Origin: a virus
Strand: one strand, 5' to 3'
DNA: 64,000 bases
IMG/VR virus record: IMGVR_UViG_3300042343_000347
The position numbers and the translations under genes were made by a program. Under the pieces are notes generated by a model. That model was not told the origin of the DNA. It ran no database searches and saw only the letters and a program-made list of their open reading frames with translations. Of this stretch, positions 58,267 through 64,000 are shown piece after piece (the first letter of the stretch is position 1; every line of letters starts with the position of its first letter).

Positions 58267-59997
58267 ATGCCCAAATTATCGCTATATCATCCAACCAAAA
58301 CTAACGATTACAAGTTCTTCGATAAGACCATTTCGGAGCAACTGACTGTTGGCGGTACCGATCTTTATATACACAAATACATGGGTCCTAACGCTCAGAC
58401 CCCTAGTGCAGACTATACACAACCCCAATATGTTAGTCCCGATCCTACACAGATACAGGATCTATTGTTTTTGGAAAATCGCGATAGAGTTTACGATCCT
58501 AACATTTATAGATTGCGTGGACATTATAGCGTACAGAATCTAGACTTTGACCTCAGCCAGTTCGGATTATTCTTAAACAACGACATCATATTCATCGCAG
58601 TTCATTATAACGACATGATCGATATCATTGGTCGCAAATTGATGGTCGGTGACGTATTAGAATTACCTCACTTGTTAGATTACAATCCATTGAAAGAAAC
58701 GATACCGGTAGCATTGAAACGTTTCTATAGCATAACAGACGCCAACTTCGCTAGCGAAGGTTTCAGTCAGACATGGTATCCACACTTATGGCGTATTAAG
58801 TGTGAGCCATTAGTAGATAGTCAAGAATTTACACAGATATTAACAGAACCAATCAACAAAGACAATTGGTTGGGTCCTTGGGACAAAGATAAAGTATATC
58901 CTCCTGGATATGTAATCACATATGGAGATAAGAATTATATAAGTTTGATTGAGGTGCCAGCAGGCATCGCGCCACCTAATCCAACATATTGGCAACTTGA
59001 TCCTAATCAAAATCTCAAAGATATCTTGTCAACATATAATAAGAACATTGAGATTAATAACGCGCAACTTGAAGAAGCAAAACGCATATTACCCAAAACA
59101 GGTTACAACAACAAAGACCTGTATGTTGTTCCTACATACGGTATCTATGAGACTAATAACACATTATCAGGTAAACTAAATCAGCCCGCACCACCTATCA
59201 ATGTAGTCACTTACAGCGGCGGCGCACCAAGCACAGGGTCATTTGGTACTGTAGTTTTCATGCGCAATCCTAAATTCAAGAATCCTAGCGCAGGAATCAA
59301 AGTAAGCAAAGAATTATTAAAGAGCATATGGGATATGACTGCGGATATGTCTATCACTAAGATGGATGTCCACGTGCAGGCAAACATAGAAGTGACTGAG
59401 ACTGCTCCAATGCAATTACGTGAGGGTAGCGGATCAGGTGCGTTAGAAGGTAATAAGGTATTATCAGTGATGTCTTTAGGTCCAGTCACTGGACCATACG
59501 GTACTGCTGACAACACATATGCTACTGCTGATCAGGATCCTACTCAATCAGGATTCACCGGTACAGAGCCATATGGTCCAAATACTATGGACTATCGTGC
59601 AGACTGCGATCCAGCATATCAATATATCAGTCGCGCAAGCCCAAGAAGTTTCGGCTATGAAGCAGGATATCTCACAGGAGACGGTACTGCACCTAACGGA
59701 TACCCAAGTGGTGCAGGTATAGCGTTCCCGCAAAATCCTCAAGTAGGTGATTACTTCTTGCGTATCGATTACATGCCGCAGATATTATATCGTTGGGATG
59801 GAAAACTATGGGTTCGCATAAGCACTAATGTACGAACAGAAACTGGATTTACAGCAGACGATCAAGCACAAAAGTCACAATTCATTAATAATGAAGGTGT
59901 GATATATAACAACAACCAAGAGCAAGTGATACCTTCTGCACAACCATTATCAAGTATCTTGGAATTAGCACCAGACATTCTACCGCCCCAACCATAA
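58267..59997 (+). CDS. neck/head-closure protein (T4 gp14-like) with C-terminal extensions
   Basis: DLLFLENRDR, LSQFGLF, GDVLELPH, LWRIKC; lies just upstream of gp15; start refined to MPKLSLY (CTAAATA-N5-ATG). Confidence 0.7.
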   Translation: MPKLSLYHPTKTNDYKFFDKTISEQLTVGGTDLYIHKYMGPNAQTPSADYTQPQYVSPDPTQIQDLLFLENRDRVYDPNIYRLRGHYSVQNLDFDLSQFGLFLNNDIIFIAVHYNDMIDIIGRKLMVGDVLELPHLLDYNPLKETIPVALKRFYSITDANFASEGFSQTWYPHLWRIKCEPLVDSQEFTQILTEPINKDNWLGPWDKDKVYPPGYVITYGDKNYISLIEVPAGIAPPNPTYWQLDPNQNLKDILSTYNKNIEINNAQLEEAKRILPKTGYNNKDLYVVPTYGIYETNNTLSGKLNQPAPPINVVTYSGGAPSTGSFGTVVFMRNPKFKNPSAGIKVSKELLKSIWDMTADMSITKMDVHVQANIEVTETAPMQLREGSGSGALEGNKVLSVMSLGPVTGPYGTADNTYATADQDPTQSGFTGTEPYGPNTMDYRADCDPAYQYISRASPRSFGYEAGYLTGDGTAPNGYPSGAGIAFPQNPQVGDYFLRIDYMPQILYRWDGKLWVRISTNVRTETGFTADDQAQKSQFINNEGVIYNNNQEQVIPSAQPLSSILELAPDILPPQP

Positions 59998-60006
59998 GAG
60001 TAACAC

Positions 60007-61383
60007 ATGGCACAATTTTTTTACGACAATCAGATACGCAGATTCTTACTACAGTTCGCTAAAATTTTTAGTAACTGGTATGTGACCAACGGCAAAGACC
60101 CTAACGGTAATGACATATTGATACGTGTTCCTATAATGTACGGTGATCAAAGCCGACAAGTATCCACAGTGATCGCTAATAATAGCGCAAGCAATTTGCC
60201 TAGTGCACCTATCATAACTTATTGGATATCAGGTCTAGAATATAATCAATCTTGGATGCAAAATCCTACATTTATTGAAAAAGTAAATGTCAGACAACGT
60301 GCATACAATACAGAAACTCAAAGTTATGAAACTACCCAGGGTCAAGCATTCACAGTTGAAAGATTGATGCCTGTACCTTATACACTACGTATGCAAGTTG
60401 ATTTCTGGACTACGAATTATAATCAAAAATTACAATTGATCGAACAACTAGGTACGATATTCAATCCTAGTTTAGAGATACAAAGCACTGATAATTTTGT
60501 TGACTGGACATCATTGAGTGTTGTCTATCAAGATGGTCTGACATTCAGTAGTCGCAGTATACCGCAAGGTACAGGTAATCCCATAGATGTGTTAAGTTGG
60601 AAATTCTATATGCCTATATGGTTGAGTACTAGCAGTAAACTCAAAAAGATGGGCGTCATACACAAAATCATCGCAAGCATATACAAAGGCAAAGCACTAC
60701 AAGATATGCAAGATGAGGATTTATTATTGGGTACAAGACAAAAGATAACACCATATGGATATAAAGTATTGTTGATAGGTAATAGATTGCAATTATTACC
60801 TCAAGATGTTGCATTCTATCCGCCTAACACGGATCTAAATGACCCGACCCCTCCTAATACTAATCTGTATTGGCAGAGTTTATTGAACGTATATGGCAAA
60901 GTGAAGCCGGGCATCAGTCAAATATGGTTACAAAATCCATATATGGAGGATGACATAGTAGGTACTATAGTTCCTGATCCAGTCGATGATCGATTATTGA
61001 TCTATGATATCGATCCAGATACATTACCGCAAAATACATTAGCCCCAGTGGATGCAGTGGTTAATCCACAATTGTCGGGGCCAAATGCCGGGTTGCCCGG
61101 ACCTGTTAACGGTCGTAGATACTTGATTGTAGAAGACATCGGCACCACCGGATCTAGCACAGTGGCTTGGGGTTCTTTGATAGCAGAAGCAAACGACATC
61201 ATACAATATGATGCCAGTACTGGAGATTGGTTTGTGAGTTTCGATGCTAGTGCATCTACTGTCGTGGAGTATGTAACCAATCTAACTACTAATATCCAAT
61301 ATCGCTACGTTGACCAAGAAGGGCAATGGATGAAATCGTATGAAGGTTGGTATGACCAGGGCGATTATAGTATTGTCATTTAA
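60007..61383 (+). CDS. tail sheath stabiliser/terminator (T4 gp15-like) with C-terminal extension
   Basis: FFYDNQIRR..RVPIMYG..MPVPY..QKLQLIEQ..FNP. Confidence 0.85.
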   Translation: MAQFFYDNQIRRFLLQFAKIFSNWYVTNGKDPNGNDILIRVPIMYGDQSRQVSTVIANNSASNLPSAPIITYWISGLEYNQSWMQNPTFIEKVNVRQRAYNTETQSYETTQGQAFTVERLMPVPYTLRMQVDFWTTNYNQKLQLIEQLGTIFNPSLEIQSTDNFVDWTSLSVVYQDGLTFSSRSIPQGTGNPIDVLSWKFYMPIWLSTSSKLKKMGVIHKIIASIYKGKALQDMQDEDLLLGTRQKITPYGYKVLLIGNRLQLLPQDVAFYPPNTDLNDPTPPNTNLYWQSLLNVYGKVKPGISQIWLQNPYMEDDIVGTIVPDPVDDRLLIYDIDPDTLPQNTLAPVDAVVNPQLSGPNAGLPGPVNGRRYLIVEDIGTTGSSTVAWGSLIAEANDIIQYDASTGDWFVSFDASASTVVEYVTNLTTNIQYRYVDQEGQWMKSYEGWYDQGDYSIVI

Positions 61384-61401
61384 TATTGTTTTTGCTATAA
61401 T
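61373..61401 (+). promoter_or_regulatory. sigma70-type promoter, leaderless Nudix transcript
   Basis: TTGTCA-N17-TATAAT-N6-ATG. Confidence 0.7.
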
Positions 61402-61407
61402 GTCTTA

Positions 61408-61824
61408 ATGAAAAATACTTCGGCTGGCATATTCTTTTATTGTACTACAACGGGCAGATTTCTATATCTGATGCGTAGTGATGCCAATTTTGCTTGGGGT
61501 GTGCCGGGCGGTAAAATTGAACAGGGTGAGACGTTGCTAGAAGGGCTAGAACGCGAGTGTATGGAAGAAGTAAATTTCTGGCCTACTGATCCAAAATTAG
61601 TACCCATACAAAAGTTCGTTAATAATAGTTTCACCTACCATACGTTCTTTTGTGCAGTCGATGAAGAATTTGTTCCCTATCTCAACGATGAGCATGTGGG
61701 TTATGCTTGGATAGGGGCTGATCAACATCCTAAACCAATGCATCCTGGGTTATTCAGTACTATCAATATTGATATAGTAAAAGAGAAACTGAAGAGCCTT
61801 ACTGAAAATAAAAACGGGGCCTAA
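61408..61824 (+). CDS. Nudix hydrolase
   Basis: Nudix box GGKIEQGETLLEGLERECMEEV. Confidence 0.92.
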   Translation: MKNTSAGIFFYCTTTGRFLYLMRSDANFAWGVPGGKIEQGETLLEGLERECMEEVNFWPTDPKLVPIQKFVNNSFTYHTFFCAVDEEFVPYLNDEHVGYAWIGADQHPKPMHPGLFSTINIDIVKEKLKSLTENKNGA

Positions 61825-61836
61825 GCCCCGTTTTTA
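61809..61836. terminator. bidirectional intrinsic terminator
   Basis: AAAACGGGGC-CTAA-GCCCCGTTTT between convergent genes. Confidence 0.85.
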
Positions 61837-61851
61837 CTAAGTCTGTTCGAC

Positions 61852-62163
61852 TTATTTCAAGAACATCTTAAATGCTTCAACGCCCGTAGCGCCTAGAACT
61901 GCCGCCGCTCCCATTAGCATCCATTTGATTTTTTCCATGTTGCCAAGTTTTTCGGCGAGTTCATCATGAGATTTTTTATTAGCCTCTTGAAATTCTTTGA
62001 GGATAACTTTAGTCTCATCCATGTTCCTATCTAAACAGTCATGCAGGTCTTTAACTTCGACTTTTAATTCATCAACTTTCTCATCAATAACATTGATGCG
62101 AACTTGAAGAACTGCGATCTCTGTCTCGGCCTGTTCTACTCGTTTTGCGGCATTTGTAGACAT
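61852..62163 (-). CDS. coiled-coil protein with C-terminal TM helix (XhlA/holin-like)
   Basis: Heptad repeats followed by WMLMGAAAVLGA. Confidence 0.55.
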   Translation of the reverse strand: MSTNAAKRVEQAETEIAVLQVRINVIDEKVDELKVEVKDLHDCLDRNMDETKVILKEFQEANKKSHDELAEKLGNMEKIKWMLMGAAAVLGATGVEAFKMFLK

Positions 62164-62175
62164 AGTATGTTCCTA

Positions 62176-63291
62176 TTAAGCGTTGCTTATAGTTACTACA
62201 GGTGGTAGAGATGCCAAAGCGTTCGCTGCGATAGCAGAGTTGAACGATGCAATCACATCAGGATTTACAGTTGCTAGCACTGCTGTGCCTGTACCTGAAC
62301 CTGCTCCGGTTGCAGTGAATGTAACACCAGTCATATTAGAGAAAGCACCAACTGATGTCCAGTTTGTGGTTCCTGTTTTATAAATGGTATATACTGTGCC
62401 TGCTACCAATGATGCTGCTGCAACCTGTGCAGGGAACACTTCACTGTTATAGTCATTTAATGATGATACAAACTTAGTGCTTGCATCACTATAAGTTGCT
62501 AAGATATTGAAAGTGTTTGGAGTCAAGGCTGCGTTGGCTACGTTTGCTGTATAGCAAGCCGCAGTCAATCCGCTAGTTGTTCCTGTAACAAGATACTTTG
62601 TCTTACCTTTCTGACGAACAATAAAACCTGCCTCGTTCAATGCGAACACGAATGCACCATCATAATCTTCGTTGCTATTTGCAAGTAGATCAAGAGTAGT
62701 GTCATCAGTGATTGTATCAACGAAACCTAATACATTTCCTTCTGCATCAGTGATGCACTCACCACCTGATAATTCAGTAGTGAATAAAGTGCCAGTACCG
62801 GTGACAGTAGTGCTTGCTGTGCTTGCACTAATTGTACCTGTACCTGATACACCGATAGCCGCGCGGATTAATGTTTGTGAACCATAGATTGCTGTGTTAC
62901 CACCAACGACGCCATATGTATTAGCGTTAGTTGCTGGATAACCTGCACCACCTAGTGGATTATTGAAATAAGCATCAACAACACCAACTGATGCCGCTAC
63001 AGTGACAGGACCTGCTGTACCTAAGTTGAACTTAGTGTATGTTGGGTTTGCTGATAACTGTGTTGCTGAAACAGTGAATGTGCTGTTTGCGCCGGCGTTC
63101 AATACTTGTAATATCCAGTATGTTGTGCCTGCTACTAGGTTACCAACGTTACTTGCTGGAATGAATGGCATACCAGCGATGATACCTAGATTAGTAAAAT
63201 TTGCGTTTGTAGTTACAACTTCTGTTGTGCCGTTAGTTGCTGTGATAGTAATAACGGCTTGCGCTTTCGCGATTTTAAGTGGACGACCCAT
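62176..63291 (-). CDS. virion structural protein
   Basis: Start refined to MGRPLKIAK after the AGGAG SD; IVRQKGKTKYLV; modules shared with fibre genes. Confidence 0.7.
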   Translation of the reverse strand: MGRPLKIAKAQAVITITATNGTTEVVTTNANFTNLGIIAGMPFIPASNVGNLVAGTTYWILQVLNAGANSTFTVSATQLSANPTYTKFNLGTAGPVTVAASVGVVDAYFNNPLGGAGYPATNANTYGVVGGNTAIYGSQTLIRAAIGVSGTGTISASTASTTVTGTGTLFTTELSGGECITDAEGNVLGFVDTITDDTTLDLLANSNEDYDGAFVFALNEAGFIVRQKGKTKYLVTGTTSGLTAACYTANVANAALTPNTFNILATYSDASTKFVSSLNDYNSEVFPAQVAAASLVAGTVYTIYKTGTTNWTSVGAFSNMTGVTFTATGAGSGTGTAVLATVNPDVIASFNSAIAANALASLPPVVTISNA

Positions 63292-63310
63292 TGTTTTATC
63301 TCCTATAATG

Positions 63311-63379
63311 CCGGGTTCTAGCCGGTACGCGGCGGGGTACCGCATAAACTCTCACCATGAGAGTATATGATTTATTTAT
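63311..63379 (-). promoter_or_regulatory. late promoter followed by a structured GC-rich 5' leader (candidate cis-regulatory RNA)
   Basis: ATAAATA (63373-63379), then three consecutive hairpins before the SD. Confidence 0.5.
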
Positions 63380-63406
63380 CAAAAAAGTCTTATTTTTTAC
63401 GCTGAA

Positions 63407-63679
63407 TTATTCGCCGATTGGCATGCCGAGTTCTGTGATAGAGAATATGCCAGTACCACTCACGCTAATATATGCTATGTAATTGCCTTCACCAACAATA
63501 AAACTATTGTTGACTGTATTTGCAGGAATAATTTCACAGGCAGTAAGATTTGCTGTTACTGAACTGTTTCCCACTGCTACAGCGATTGCACTGCTTGTTG
63601 TGGAGATACGGACCTTCTCAGTAGTTGCTACTGATGTAAGTTGACTTGATCCGCTTGGTGTATAAATTGCCGCTGCCAT
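63407..63679 (-). CDS. small virion structural protein
   Basis: 90 aa beta-rich; late promoter upstream. Confidence 0.6.
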   Translation of the reverse strand: MAAAIYTPSGSSQLTSVATTEKVRISTTSSAIAVAVGNSSVTANLTACEIIPANTVNNSFIVGEGNYIAYISVSGTGIFSITELGMPIGE

Positions 63680-63705
63680 ATATTATTCCTGATAAAGTAT
63701 TTATC

Positions 63706-64000
63706 TTATAATCGTCCTACCATGACTTCGACATAACCTTCGTCTTCATCAACTTTGTTTTCAATCGCTTTACCGATAACAGTTCCTATCTGCGGTGATT
63801 TAGATGATTTAGCATAGCCGTCACCTGCACTTACAAGCATATCGCCCTTGCTCACCAAACCAACAACTTTTACTTTCACTCTACCCATCATCGCTACCAT
63901 GACAGGATTCTGTGCTTGTATAGCACCATTCATGACATATGCCGGCTCTGCTGAAACAACACCTGCTATTTTACTCGTTTCCAATGATGCGGCAGTAACT
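63706..64000 (-). CDS. C-terminus of a tail fibre (intramolecular-chaperone-like domain), partial
   Basis: Frame open to the window end; AGVVS.EPAYVMN..VAMMGRVKVKVVG..KGDMLVS..GTVIGKAIE. Confidence 0.7.
   Translation of the reverse strand, partial: VTAASLETSKIAGVVSAEPAYVMNGAIQAQNPVMVAMMGRVKVKVVGLVSKGDMLVSAGDGYAKSSKSPQIGTVIGKAIENKVDEDEGYVEVMVGRL

Noticed and set aside
63292-63379. tRNA in the GC-rich structured spacer
   Set aside because: There is no acceptor stem enclosing the hairpins, no TTC-containing T-loop and no CCA end. It is kept as a candidate leader RNA instead.

Overview
This window is part of a large, AT-rich, T4-like (contractile-tailed, probably jumbo) bacteriophage genome. 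It is densely coding, mostly on the minus strand, and uses the standard genetic code. From left to right it holds: the 5' half of a family B DNA polymerase; an accessory block (truncated TilS, SGNH-like paralogues, three secreted or membrane proteins, a DfrB/R67-like SH3 protein, thermonuclease, P-loop kinase, Dps, glycosyltransferase-like and HxGH nucleotidyltransferase genes); several acidic modular proteins carrying T4 prohead-protease-type (L/I/V)xE sites; a ClpA-DnaJ-PhoH-clamp loader-YccA-GroES-DnaE-fragment block; baseplate and fibre genes including three Gly-X-Thr collagen-like proteins; gp4, tail tube, a very large sheath, dNMP kinase, gp13/14/15, MazG and Nudix. The intergenic DNA shows two promoter classes, sigma70 TTGACx-N17-TAxxxT and T4-late-like (T)ATAAATA. 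In at least 13 cases the promoter sits 4-6 nt from the ATG, which implies systematic leaderless mRNAs. There are also promoter-embedded hairpins that would occlude the ribosome-binding site, and a GC-rich structured 5' leader. No tRNA, rRNA, CRISPR array or IS element was recognised. All protein calls come from motif recognition by eye, not from database searches.
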